Assembly (NCBI GenBank): GCA_050613775.1
Contig: JBODTK010000012.1
Span: forward strand, 992,001-1,056,000
Reading direction: 5' to 3'
Source: Neocallimastix sp. 'constans'
Taxonomy: Eukaryota
Length of the DNA: 64,000 nucleotides
Part shown: in pieces, positions 27,713 to 43,429 of the stretch
Numbering within the stretch: the stretch's first letter is position 1
How the letters are laid out: each line of letters opens with the position of its first letter
Notes under the pieces: generated by a model
Database searches by the model: none
Seen by the model: the letters and a program-made list of their open reading frames with translations, nothing else
What the model was told of the DNA's origin: nothing
Made by a program: the position numbers and the translations under genes

Positions 27713-27895
27713 AAATAAATATTAATAATAATAATGAAAATAAATAATAATAATAATAATAATAATAATGAAAATAATTAATAATAATAATAATAATAAT
27801 AGTAATAATGATATTTTATAAAATTTTTTTTTATAATAGTTTTTTTTTTTTTAAAAAAAAAAATTTAGTAATTAGTTATAAAAAAAAGTTTAATA
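26186..27895. repeat. Nested local tandem duplication (~780-bp unit twice, plus a third ~280-340-bp sub-unit)
   Basis: CATTATATTAATCCTGATTCTTGTCAATTCAACGGGG..GAGCTCGTTATTACG occurs at ~26200 and ~26985. ATAGGT.AATAAAATAAAATATGACAATGTAATATTAAGCC occurs at ~26655, ~27290 and ~27570. Confidence 0.9.
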
Positions 27896-28732
27896 TTAAA
27901 GTTTTTATTGTTGTTTAAATAAATTAATAGAAACATATGTAAAATGTGATATTTAATTAAAATTTTCAGATATATAAATATAGTAATACGCCACAATAAC
28001 TAATTTATTTTTAAAATTTTCTAATAATTAAAAAAGAAGTTCAATTTATTATATGATGTGGCGTATTGCTATTTTTTATAAAAAATGTTTTTTCGTTTTT
28101 AATTATTTAGAAAATTTAAAAATAAAAATAAAAATTAAATAAAGGTATTCTATAAATAAGATAAAAAAAAAAAAATAAAAAAAAAAAGAATAAAAAAATA
28201 AAAAAAAATAAAAAAATAAAAAAATAAAAAAATAAAAAAAAAGAATTATCTAATAAAAAAAATGGAATTTATTTTATTTATATTGTTTATTTCTATTTTT
28301 TTTTTTTTTTATTATTGTTTTTAATTTTTTGTTAATTTTTTATTTTAACCTATAATTTATATGTGATATAATATTTTTAAAATATAATATAATTTAAATA
28401 TTATAAATTTCTAAAATAAAAATTGAATATTATATGAAATTTAATGAAATTAAATAAAAAAAATAGTTATTAATACTAAGTTAAGTTTCGTTTAATAATA
28501 CCTAATTACTTAACTATTTATTTATTTATTATTTTTTTATAGTTTTCATTATTATATTACTTTTTGTTTTTTGTATAATAATATTTCTATGTCCCATTTT
28601 TGTAATATATAATGATTTTTTCTTTTTCCATGAATACAATATTGAGTTAAAAATATATATAAATATTTTTAATTTAACAATTCATAAATTATTTATATAT
28701 ATTTATATACATATATAGTTTTTTTTTTTTTT

Positions 28733-29372
28733 TTATTGATTATAAGATGTAGCATTAGTGGTGGTTGCGGCGGCTTGAGAATTCAATGCATCACACCAAT
28801 GACCAATTGGAAGACAATTAAGATAATGACACCAGGTACATTGATTAATAGAGTAATAGAATTGACGGAACACCCAAATGAATAAACCAATAGATAGGAA
28901 TACCGAGACAATCATTAATATTCTCTTAATACGAAGATCTCTCTTACTGAAAATAATAGATGGTAGGAAAACTAAACCTGTTAAAATACCCATAATAAAT
29001 CCTCCTATGTGTGCATAATTATCTACAAAAGGTAATAAACCAATACCTAATGAGAATGCAATAATTAATAACATTTTAACTAATTCCTTCCATGGTTCTA
29101 TAATTAATCTCCAACTTTGGATTAAATCTAATAAAAGACAAGCCATTAAACCTTTATTATTATTATTATTATTATTATTTATTATTATTATTTGTTGTAG
29201 TAATATTATTTATTATTATTTTGATTAGGTTTAATTTTTATTGTTGTTATTGTTATTAATTATATAAAAATTTTAAGGATTAAGTATTTATAAAATATAT
29301 AAATATATATATATATATAAAATAATATTATTAATACCATATATATAGAAATAAGATATATTAAAAAAAAAA

Positions 29373-29409
<37 letters not shown>

Positions 29410-30692
29410 TAATTAATCATATAAAAAAAAAAAAACAAATAAAAAAATAAATAAAAAATAATATAAAAATAAAATTAATTAAAAGAAAATTTACCATAAA
29501 GTGAACCAGAACAACCGACAGATGGGGATAAAAGAGCAGAATTGGCTTCAAAAGCAAAACCAAAAATACCACTTGCCATATAAATAATAGCTATACGCAA
29601 TGTACCGAAATCTTTTTCCATTTGAATACCGGTTCGAATTTGGAAGGAAAGATTAAAGATAATGTGAAGTACTCCACAGTGAATAAAGATGGGGGTTATA
29701 AAACGATACCATTGATTCGGAGTATCCCCTTTCTTCATACCAAAAGCACAAATTTCATACATATCACAAACTTTATTTTCATCTAAAGCAAAGGTATTTT
29801 TTATACCTACAGGACAGTACATTCTGGGAATTTGTGTTTCTTTCATACAAGGAAGAAATCTAGCCCCCATAGAAATTAAAACCTATAAATTATATTAATT
29901 GGTATATATATATTATATATATATTATAGATCAATAGATATGTTCATAATTATATATATGTAAATATTAATATATTATGTTTTTTAATAAATAAAAAAAA
30001 AAATTATATATATATTTAAATCCTATAATAATAACAATAATAATAATAATTTTTTGTTTACTTACACCTGAAGAAGGACCTAGCATAGGATTCTGATCCA
30101 TACCAACCACAGGACTTTTTAATGCAACGAAGTTATTATATAATTCGAAAAGGAAAACTGCAATTTGAAATATAGTGACGAAATACATAAAATATGGTTT
30201 ATGTTGTTTCATTTGTTCAAGTTGTTTACGAACTTCTGGATCATAAAGAACACTTGGAATTTTGGAATTCTTTTTTCTTCTATTCATATCATTTTCCTTT
30301 TCAAATTTTTCTGCAGCTGGTTCTGGTCTTTTTATTGAAGAACCGTAGCCACTTGTATTACTCATATCATTCATATTTACTGCATAGGAATTATTATTAT
30401 ATGGATAGTTACTACTACCTGCTCCATATGTCTGAGCCTGATTTTGACCATAAGTTGGACGTTGTTGAAATTTTCTACTACCTGCTCTACCACCAATGGT
30501 ACCACCACCATTCAATCTTTTATAGGTATTACTTCTTTGGAAATAAGAAACACCAACTGGATGATTTTGATTTACATTAACATCATCTGCATTAATCCAT
30601 CTCCATGCTCCTGTACCAGCTCTCTTAATGGTTTGCATGGTATTACTTCTTTTTAACGTATTTAAGGTACCACTTCTTTTTATTGAACTCAT
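28733..30692 (-). CDS. Rhomboid-family intramembrane serine protease B (~477 aa, 3 exons: 30692-30066, 29882-29495, 29151-28733)
   Basis: The spliced ORF contains NQWYRFITPIFIHCGVLHIIFN, GCSG, DNYAHIGGFIMG and CTWCHYLNC. Intron positions and phases are the same as in paralogue A. Confidence 0.93.
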
Positions 30693-33149
30693 TTTTTCTT
30701 TATTTTATTTTATTCTAATATGAATTGATAAATAAAATGAATTTTTAATTAAAATAAATTTACAAATTATTAATTTTCTTACTCTAAAGAAAAAAAAATT
30801 GTATTTTGTTTTATTAACTGGCAAGATTAGATATAAGATATACGTATATATAAAAGAATGAACTGCTTACGAAAGATATGTTTTTAAAAAATATATATAA
30901 ATATTTATAAGGATATTAAATAATAAATAAAAATAATTTAATTTATAATTATGAGGTTGAAAATTTTTATTTATTTATATACAGGCTCTATCATTAAGTG
31001 ATAATATATTTTTTATATATTATTATATTTTTTTATCGTTTTAATAAAAGTAAAGGAACTGATTTCCAATTCTTTATTTCTATTAAATTATAATTATTTA
31101 TTTTAATTAAATTTAAAAGTTTTATATAAATTATAAATTTATATGCTTTTTTTTTTTTTTTTTACTGATTTAATTTTTTATTTATTACTTTTTTCTTATT
31201 TATATCACTTTTTTTATGCTTTTTGTTTTATTTTTGTTGATTGTATTTTTGTTAATTCACAACTTTATAGTATATTTGCTTCTCTTTTTTTTTTTTTAAA
31301 AAAAAAAAAAAGAAAGTTAGGATAAAAAAATAAAATTAAAAAAAAAAAAAAACTTTAAACCCTAAATAATAAAAAATAACAAAAAAAATTTTATTTTTAT
31401 TCCTATTATAGTAATTATTAATAATATTCAACTGCCGTTTTAATAAATAATAAATAAAATAATAATATATTTAATAAATAGAATAATCAATAATAATAAT
31501 AAAATTAAAATATTAAAACAATAATATAAACAAATAGTATAATTAATATTAATATAATGGAAAAATATAATATATTTAATAATTATAGAAAGTATTAAAA
31601 TAATGTGAAAATTTTAATTTTTTTTTTTATTATTATTATTATTTAAATAATTGATTATCTTTTAATAAATTATTATAAATCTTTTAATGAATTATTATAA
31701 ACTTTATATATCTTTTAATATATATTATTTTTTCTTTTATGTTTTTTATTTATAATAATCAAACGATAATATATATAAATTTAAACAAATTATGTTATTT
31801 TTTGATAGTAATTTTAAATAATAAATGATTTAAATAATAAATTTATATAATATATATAATTATTTTATAATTCTCTAATTATATATATATTATATAAATA
31901 TAAATTTATTATTTAAAATTACTATCAAAAAATAATTATATTTATTATTTTTTTGTTAATGAAATATTTTTCAATACTCTTTTTATAATATAAAAAAAAA
32001 TTATTATTTTACATTTATATATAAATACAATATTATCCAATTAGATTTTAAAAGTTTTTTTATTTTTATTTAAATTTTTTTTTTTAAATTAAAAAAAAAA
32101 AAATTGATTTCATTTTTTGTTACATATATTAATAATATATATAAATTAATTTAATATTAATTAATTTATATAAAATAATATATGATATTAATCAATTCAA
32201 TGATAATTCTAATAAATTTAAGATTTTCTTGTTTTTTTTTAAGCATTTCCTATTTTAATTTTTTGTATATATAAAAATTTAATTTATATCATTTAATATA
32301 ATATATTAAAATCATTAAAAATATTATTAATTAAATTAAATTATATTTCTTTGATAATTCCATAATAGGATTCTCAATTGTACAACAATGAATAATGTAT
32401 ACATTAATATTAGGTTTATTGTTTTTTTTTTATTTATTTTTGTTTTAGATTTTAATATTTATATAATAAAATATATGTTTATATAATTAATTCAACTTTT
32501 TTTATATTTTAAATTTATAAAAAAAAAAAAAAAAAAAACATTTAAAATGAATAATTTAAAAGTAGAAATAATAAATAAATAAATAAATAAATAATTTTTT
32601 TTTTTTTTTTTAAAAAAATATATATATATGATTCTATATTTTTATTTTTTTTATTTTTATTTTTAAAATTAATTTTGCCTTAAAATAGAAATTTGTACAT
32701 AATTATATAAATATTATTATAAAATTTATATTATTAAATTTAAGCTAGACTTGATTTCTTTTTTTTTATAAATAATTGAGGATTATTAATAAAAAAAATA
32801 TAAAACTTAATATATCAATCATTTTCTTATTTGATTAATTTATTATCAAATAAAAAATATAGATATTATATAGAATATACATTTATACTGAATTTTTTTT
32901 TAATAAAATTTATATTTTTTTATTGATAATCGAATTTTTTTTATTAATTACTACTAATAATAGAAGTTATAAATTCTGTTGTTTCAATTATTTTATTTTC
33001 TAATTATTTTTTTCTTCTTTAAAAAATTTTTAACTATTTTATTTTTTAATTTTTTTTCTTTTTAAAAATCTTTTAATTATTTTAATTATTTTTTCAATTA
33101 AAAAAAAAAAATTAGTAAATTAATAATAAATAAATAAATAAATATTAAA

Positions 33150-33976
33150 TAAATAATTAAATAATTAATATCGTTATAATGTAACTTTTTCATTAATTAA
33201 TGTAATATGTTTCAGTATATTTATATCTTATTTGAATCTTATTTGAATCTTTTTTGAATCTTATTTCACATTTATTTTACATATATATAATAATCGAAAT
33301 TACAAGTTGATAATGTATTACACCTTAAAAAAATTATAATAAATAAAAAGATTTCTATACAATAATTTTTGTTAAAAGAACAGAAAAAATCATAAAAATT
33401 TATACTAAAATGATAAGAATGATAGCTAAATATTCTCTCTTAAACAGAGATATTCCATAATGAATAACTTGGCTTACTAGTAAATATATGTGTATAAAAT
33501 TATTATATTTTATAATATTAACTTAATATTAGCTTGATATTACTAAACTATTAATTATCTTTATTCTAAAATAACTTTTAGATATACATGAATAAAATAA
33601 TCTTTACATTATATTAATTCTTTAATTCAATTTAAATTTTGTTAAATATATTTGTAATCTAATAATTTCTAGCTAAAATAAAGAATTTGTTATTATTACA
33701 TTATTAATATTGGTTAAATCTAAGACAACTTTTATATGAAGGGTGATATTATACACTCTAAATATTTGTTAATGTCTCTTATATATTAATGCTTGCATTA
33801 CTTTCAGCTACAATCCGCTTTAAAGATTAGTGTTAACTATTATATGCTCACTATTCAGCATTATCTATAACTTTTAAAATAAGGAATTTATTATATTATA
33901 TATCATATTCTGTGAGTATTAAAAGTGAATTCAAATATCATTAAAATTCAGAATTTTATTTAATTTTTTCCTTGTA

Positions 33977-34024
<48 letters not shown>

Positions 34025-34740
34025 TTTTCAAAATAAATACAATTTTCAAAATAATTAATTAAATAATTTTCATCAATATTTCTGTTCCCTATTCCCCTCA
34101 AAAATTCAAATTTCTGGATGAATTTTATATTTGATTTTTCATACAATTAAAATATTAATTAAATAAGTTTTGTAATTATAACTTATTGAATACTTAACAA
34201 TCATTAAGAATAGTTTGTAGATGAATTAAGGAATATTTATTGAATATTATTTATGGTTATATTTAATGTATTTATAGAATAAAATAGTCTTTTACATTGT
34301 AAATTCCTTTGTGATTAAATAGAATTCATTATTAGAAGTCTGACATATGCTAATTTAATCTTTCGAAATGTATATTTCGAAATATACATATTTTTAATAG
34401 TTAACTTATCACTAAATTCCCTTTTTTTTTTTTAAATATTTTAAATTTTTCATTTTTAAATTAATCTGGTTGTATCTTGAAATTTTGCTTTAACTTAAAA
34501 TTATTATAATTTTCTTTTGTATTGTTTTTGAGTTTCTTTGGTTTTGAAAATTTTGATCATTTTAAGTTTTCGAATGGTTTAATTAGTATTCCTAAAATTG
34601 AAATAATAATAAATATTGTCATAATTTATGATTTTCAATTTATTTTCTTGATATAATAATGTTTCCGGTGAGTGATTCATTCTCAAAGAATCAATTTTAA
34701 GAATCTACAGACCTTTAATTTGTTAAAAGTCTGAAATTTA
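33150..34740 (-). mobile_element. Possible highly decayed integrase/transposase remnant
   Basis: Sequence complexity is slightly elevated. The minus-strand fragment YHPSYKSCLRFNQ (~33710-33750) loosely resembles the integrase HPQSxGxxERFN motif. The evidence is weak. Confidence 0.3.
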
Positions 34741-36138
34741 AGTTCAATAATTATGTCAAATTTATTAATTTTTTTTTTTTTATTAAAATTTTATAAAATT
34801 TATATTTTTATCCTTAAAATGTATTTATATAGCAATTTTTATATAATATATTTCGATAGATTTGAAGCTTATTTCACATATAATTTTTTTTTTTTTTTTT
34901 ATTTAGACAATGAATAACCTTTATTTAATGAATAAAAAATAAAAAATAAATAAATAATAAAAAAATAATAATATAAAATAAATAAATAATAAATAATAAA
35001 AAAATAATAATATAAAATAAATAAATAATGAAAAATTAAATAAATAATAAATAAATAATAATAAATAAATAAATAATAAATAAATAATAATAAATAAAAA
35101 AATAAAAAATTTTAATCATATATATATATAAAACTTTAATAAATTTTTTATAAAATAATCAATTAAAATATACTATTTTTTTTTAAATTGTTCGAGTTTA
35201 TTTTGTTCTAATAAAAAAAAAAAAAAAAAAATAGAATATAAAAATAAAATTTAAGAAAAGTTAAACCTACAACTCAGCATTATAAGAATTTTGATTAAAG
35301 CTGAAAAATTTTTTATTTTAAATTTCATATATTTTCCTAAAGATAATTAAATAATAGAAATTGTTATTGTATATATAAAGTTTTAATTATAAATATTAAG
35401 TTATTTTGTAGTTTATAAATCCTTTATTATATAATTAGTTATTTTTTTTGTTAATTAAATTTTTGTTTTAGTAATAAATTTTAAAGTTTTTAACTCATTT
35501 TTTTTAATAAATCATAATTTTAAAGTTTGATTTTTTTTTTTTATATTCTTATTCTTTTATTAATTAAAGTTTTTATTTAGTATAATTTTTAATTTATTTA
35601 TTAATCCATAAACACTTAACAAAAAAAAATTGTTTCATTCAATAGTTATTTAAATCTAGTCGCTAATATATTATTAATTAATTTATAATATATATATGAT
35701 AAATTTTTATCCAAAATTTTTTTAAGAAAGTAAAAAAAAAAAAAAATTTAAAAATAAAAAAAAAAGGGGAAAAAAAAAAAAGACACTGTAAAAATAGAGT
35801 AATCATCAGATTAGAATTTTATAACCATAATAAAAATTGAAGAATAAATTTTTACTTTTTATATTTTTATTAAAAAAAAAAAAAAAGAGAAAATTAAATA
35901 TTGAAATTTCAAATTCTATGTAATATTTTTATTTATTTATAACAGGAAATAAAAAAAAAAAAAAAGATAAAAAAATCTTGATATTATAGGAGAGTAAATA
36001 AAGTAGTAAGTATATAAATATTATAATAATATAAACAATATATATATTAATATTAATAATTAATAATAATTAATAATAATTAATAGTTTTAAACAATTTT
36101 TGAATTTTAAAATTAGAGTTATTTTTCAATTCTATCTC

Positions 36139-36173
<35 letters not shown>

Positions 36174-36764
36174 TATTTTTTGTTGAAACTATATGTATCA
36201 CTTTCAAACTTTCAATTTTTATATTCTATTATATTTCTAATTGATTGATAGTGACAATGAAATAAAGAAAAAGAACTAATACTAACTAAAATATATATAT
36301 AAAAGAATGTTTTTTACATTAAAATTAATTTAATTAATAAATCTATAAATTATTATTTTTATTCTTTTATTTCTTTTATTATTATTATATAAAAATTACA
36401 GGAAATTTTATTAAATTTTTGATTTATACAATAATAATTAATAATATTAATGCCAAATTCATATTTATAAAATTTTATAAACTTTTTATAATAAGAAATA
36501 AATAACTATTATAATATAAGTTCAAAATATATATATTTTTTTGGTATAGAAATTTAATTTATAAATTGCATTTCAAAATTTTAAAATTTCATTTGAAAAT
36601 TCAAATCCAAATTTAATATATATATATATATATATTTTAAAGAATCATATTTTAATAAGAAGAAACGTATTATTTAAATTTTTTTATTATATATTTTTAT
36701 TTCAATTTTATTAAATATATCCAAGGTGTAAACAATATTATATACAATATAATATAAAGAAAAA

Positions 36765-38880
<2,116 letters not shown>

Positions 38881-39275
38881 TTGTAAAATAAAATGGAGGG
38901 AAAAACTAATTAAATATTATAATATAATATGCATATAATATTTTAATTTTTATTAAATTAAAATATTTTATTATTTAATTGCTAATATATATTAAATAAT
39001 CAGTTTTAATAAGAAATAACATATAAAAATTGTTTATATATATATATATGATCTAATAAGTATCATTTTATAATAATTGTATAACCAATACATAATTTTT
39101 AAATATATTTTTTGATATAAAATATATATTAATATAAATTATATAAAATTATCATATTTTATCAAATTTAATCATATCATTTAATCATATTTACTTAATT
39201 TATACATATTTTCCTTTATTTATTTTTTTTTTACAATTACATATATTGAAGGTTCTTTTTTTTTTTTTTTTTTTT

Positions 39276-39314
<39 letters not shown>

Positions 39315-39510
39315 TATTATAACTATTTTAGAATATTTTATTTATTTATACATATTCTCTTTTGTTTTTATTATATTTATTTAATAATTATATTATATAC
39401 ATCTTTCTTTATTACAGAAAAGTTAAAAAAAATTAAAATTAAAAATAAATAAAAGTAATTATTATTTAAACTTTTTCAAATATATATAAAAAAAGCAATA
39501 TATAGTTAAT

Positions 39511-39541
<31 letters not shown>

Positions 39542-39871
39542 GAAAATTTATTAATTATGAATCCCTATTTTATGATTTATTTTTAGGTCTCATTATGCTA
39601 TTAATTAATTCGTAATATTTAGTTCTAGCTATTTTTAATGGAACAAAATTGATAAAGTTTACAAAAGTCTATAACCTTTACATTAATCGTGATACAACTA
39701 AAAGATAAATAGAAATAATCCCGGATATAAAAATAGAATAATAATAATAAGAATAAATTACTTTCAAAATGGTCTATAATTTTCCAGAAACAAAACTTTA
39801 TATACTTAAAAATAACTAATATCCTCAAAATATTTTGACCACTCTCCAGTTTTTATTTTTATTTAGATATG

Positions 39872-39940
<69 letters not shown>

Positions 39941-41235
39941 TTTATTTTTATTTTTTTTATATTAATATTTCAAATTAATAATCTTTTTAATTAATTCTTA
40001 CATTTAAAAAAAAAAAAAAAAATAAAAAAAAAAATAACACATAACATAGAAATAAACAATAGTGAATAATAAAAATAGTAAATAATAAAAATAAGTAAAT
40101 AAAAATTAAAATAAAAGAAATGTTATATAAAAATTATTACCAATAGATCAACAATTTTTGAAATTTCTATTTATTATAGTAATTTATTTTATTTTGGTAT
40201 ATATTTAAATAATTAATTGGTATATATTTTTTTTTAATAATAATAATTGTTATTATTATCTGAAATTATTACATAAAAAATATATATGAAATAAAAATAA
40301 TAATAAAGTAGAATGGTATAGCAAAAAAAAAAAAAAAAAAAAATAGTAAATAACTAAAAAAAAAATGAAATAAAATAAAAAAAATGTAAAGTCAATGACT
40401 ATAGCATTTTAAATTTTTTATTAGTTATGTTATTTTTATTTATTTCATCTTTTAATAGTTTCATAGTATTTATTCGTTTAATAATTATTTAATAACTAGT
40501 TGAATATATGTTTAGAGAAAAAATAAAAAGTTAAAAAAAAAAAAAAATTAATTTTTTTAAACTTTAATAATTAAAAATCATTAAAAATTCATTTTTATAA
40601 ATTTTATATATTTATTTAGTATAAATACATATATAACAATAAAAAATAATAATAATAATATATATTTAAAATAATTAGAATTTTTTTCATTTTGTTTTTA
40701 CTTATTTCTATATATCTCATCATGATTTGAAATAATTAACAATTATTTATCTTATTATATTATTATTATTATTATTATTATATTTTATGGAATATTTTAT
40801 ATTTATAGTATATCCAAATTTTTCATTTATTAAATTGATGAAAAATATGAAAAATAAAAAAAAAAAAGGTTAAATTCTTCAATCAATGAATTTATTAAAT
40901 ATTAAACTTTATTATAATATCATATTTTTAGATATTAATTTTTACATCCAATTATTTTTTTTATTGAATTATTTAATTTAATAAATACATTAAAAATAAA
41001 CTTTTAACATTAGATTTTTTTAATGTAATAATAATAATATTTTTTACGTTGATTAAAATATCATTAAATGAATAATAATTATACTAATATTTTTTTTATA
41101 TTGTAGAATTTTTTTTCTTTATATTTTTATTTTTAAAATAATTTTTACAATATCTTGAATTTAATATTCGAAAATAAGAAAGTTAAAATTAAGAAGTTAA
41201 AAAAAAAAAAAAATAAATAAAAAAAAAAAAAAAAA

Positions 41236-42306
41236 ATGGAGGATCAACCACCAGAAATGAATATTATTACAAAGAATTCACCATCTACAGGAACATGTTT
41301 CAATAAAGATTTTCCTACGATGCTTGATGGATTTTATACCCAATTTAAAGATACCTTTTTCTTTTCGTATATAATTCAATTTATCTTAATTGCTTTAATG
41401 TATTCCAGAATAGGAAGTGGACAATATTGGAAAATATTATTTTTTGGTTCACTATCTGGTTTAATAGGCTCAATGCTAGAAAATATAACTTTAGCTTATA
41501 TATGTCAAGATAATCAAAGAGAGAATTACAATCAAGTATTTACTTTTTTTATAAGTGAATTATTTTGGATATTTACGGAATACTCAATACCCTATCTCAA
41601 CCTAATTAAAATGAAAGCTATTTCGAAGGGAGGTTTAGCTAAATCAATAAGTTATTTAATATATCTTCTTTTTATTCCTTTTGCATTAATGAGATTTTCT
41701 ATTGGTTACAATCGTATGATTAAGGGTTATTTAAATGATAAAAGTATTGAAGTATATCATGGTATTGCTTTTGGGGTAATGGCAGTTGCCGATATTCTAT
41801 GTTCAATATTTATTATTTATTTCATCAAAAAATATAATCAGAGGGTCACATTAAATCCGTCTGGGTTCATGCATTATATTCAACATTCCAGTTATACAAT
41901 TTTAATTACTATAGATATTGTTGGTGTAATTCTTTCTTTGTTATATATATATGTTAATTTAATAAATTCAAATGGTGCCTTCCTTACAAGTAAATCAGTA
42001 ATACCATTTCACTCTTTTAAATCTGTATTTCATTTAATTTTAGCAATTGATGCATGTCTCTTTAAATACGGCGCTAATCTCAGTTCATCTACTCATGGCT
42101 CAAGTGATTATAATATTACTTCAAAGGGTCCAGGACCGAGTAGCAACCACGATTTAAATATCAAAAATAATAATTATTATTCAATTGATGTTCCTATTCC
42201 TCCCAATATTTATCAAATGAATCAATTAAATAATAAAAATAGTAATAATGGAATAATGTTAAACGAAAAATATTCCAACAGTAAAAGTAGATTTAAGATT
42301 CCATAA
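41236..42306 (+). CDS. Intronless orphan seven-transmembrane protein (356 aa)
   Basis: ATG follows an A-run. There are seven hydrophobic segments (TFFFSYIIQFILIALMY; ILFFGSLSGLIGSMLE; VFTFFISELFWIFTEY; ISYLIYLLFIPFALMRF; GIAFGVMAVADILCSIFIIYFI; TILITIDIVGVILSLLYIYV; VIPFHSFKSVFHLILAIDACLF) and a Ser/Asn-rich tail. Confidence 0.85.
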   Translation: MEDQPPEMNIITKNSPSTGTCFNKDFPTMLDGFYTQFKDTFFFSYIIQFILIALMYSRIGSGQYWKILFFGSLSGLIGSMLENITLAYICQDNQRENYNQVFTFFISELFWIFTEYSIPYLNLIKMKAISKGGLAKSISYLIYLLFIPFALMRFSIGYNRMIKGYLNDKSIEVYHGIAFGVMAVADILCSIFIIYFIKKYNQRVTLNPSGFMHYIQHSSYTILITIDIVGVILSLLYIYVNLINSNGAFLTSKSVIPFHSFKSVFHLILAIDACLFKYGANLSSSTHGSSDYNITSKGPGPSSNHDLNIKNNNYYSIDVPIPPNIYQMNQLNNKNSNNGIMLNEKYSNSKSRFKIP

Positions 42307-42648
42307 AAAATATGTTAATAGTAGCAATGGAGATTTAAAATATTAACAAGTAGAAAATTTTAAGGTTATTTTAATAAAAAAATAAAAAATAATTATAATA
42401 ACTAATCAAGTAAAAGTAATTATATAATATTTAATTATCGTATAATTATACAATTGTATATCATTATTATTAATATAATAATATAATTGTATAATAATTA
42501 GTAATAAAATAAAATTATAACTTTAAAGAAAAGAATAAATAAAAAAAATATCTGAAAAATTAACAATAAATTAATAGTTTTTTATTAAAATATAATAATT
42601 CATATTAATAAATTTAATTTTATATACTAACTAAATTTACAATGATTC

Positions 42649-42686
<38 letters not shown>

Positions 42687-43085
42687 TAAAATTGTATGAA
42701 TAAAATATATAAATTTTATTTCATTTTATTTAATTATATTCCCTTTATATATATATATATATAATTATTTTTATCTTTTTTTTTATTTTTTTTTTTGTTA
42801 TATATAAACCTATACCATTTATAAAAAATAAATAAATAAATTATAAAATAATTAAATTTAAATATTCTCTTGAGTATCTGCTGCATAAAAGTTACCTTGT
42901 TAATAAAATAAATATTTATTATTTATTATTATCTATTAGCTATTTCTTATTATTATTAACATTATTTTATTATTAAATATTTTTTCATTATTAACTATTA
43001 TTTTTTACTATTTTTTATTATTTTTTTTTTATCTTTGAAAAATATTCTAAATATTTTTTAATATTTTATTTTTTTTCTTTATTTC

Positions 43086-43118
<33 letters not shown>

Positions 43119-43429
43119 AAATAAAAATGAAAATTCTTTTTGAATAATTTTTTAAATGCTTTTTTTTCCTTAAATAGAAAAAAAATTGAAAACAAAAATG
43201 AAAGTTCTTTTTGAATATTTTATAAATGCTTTTTTTCTCTAAAATAAAGAAAAAATAATACAATTTAATTTCATAATTAAAATCTAAAAATCTAAAAACA
43301 CTTATAATGATAAATAGTTTATGTAAAATAAATCTATATATATATATATTGTATTGTTAATTTTTGTTATTGAATTAAAAATTAATCATATAAAAACTAT
43401 AAAAGTTTTTACATAGTTATTATTTTTAT

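Noticed and set aside
39620..39850. Possible LINE relic on the minus strand (EWSKYFEDI..FWKII)
   Set aside because: The similarity is too short and degenerate to support without a search.
41990..42070. Microbial rhodopsin call for the orphan 7-TM protein
   Set aside because: A TM7 Lys is present, but there is no DxxxK motif and no helix-C RYxDW-type motif.
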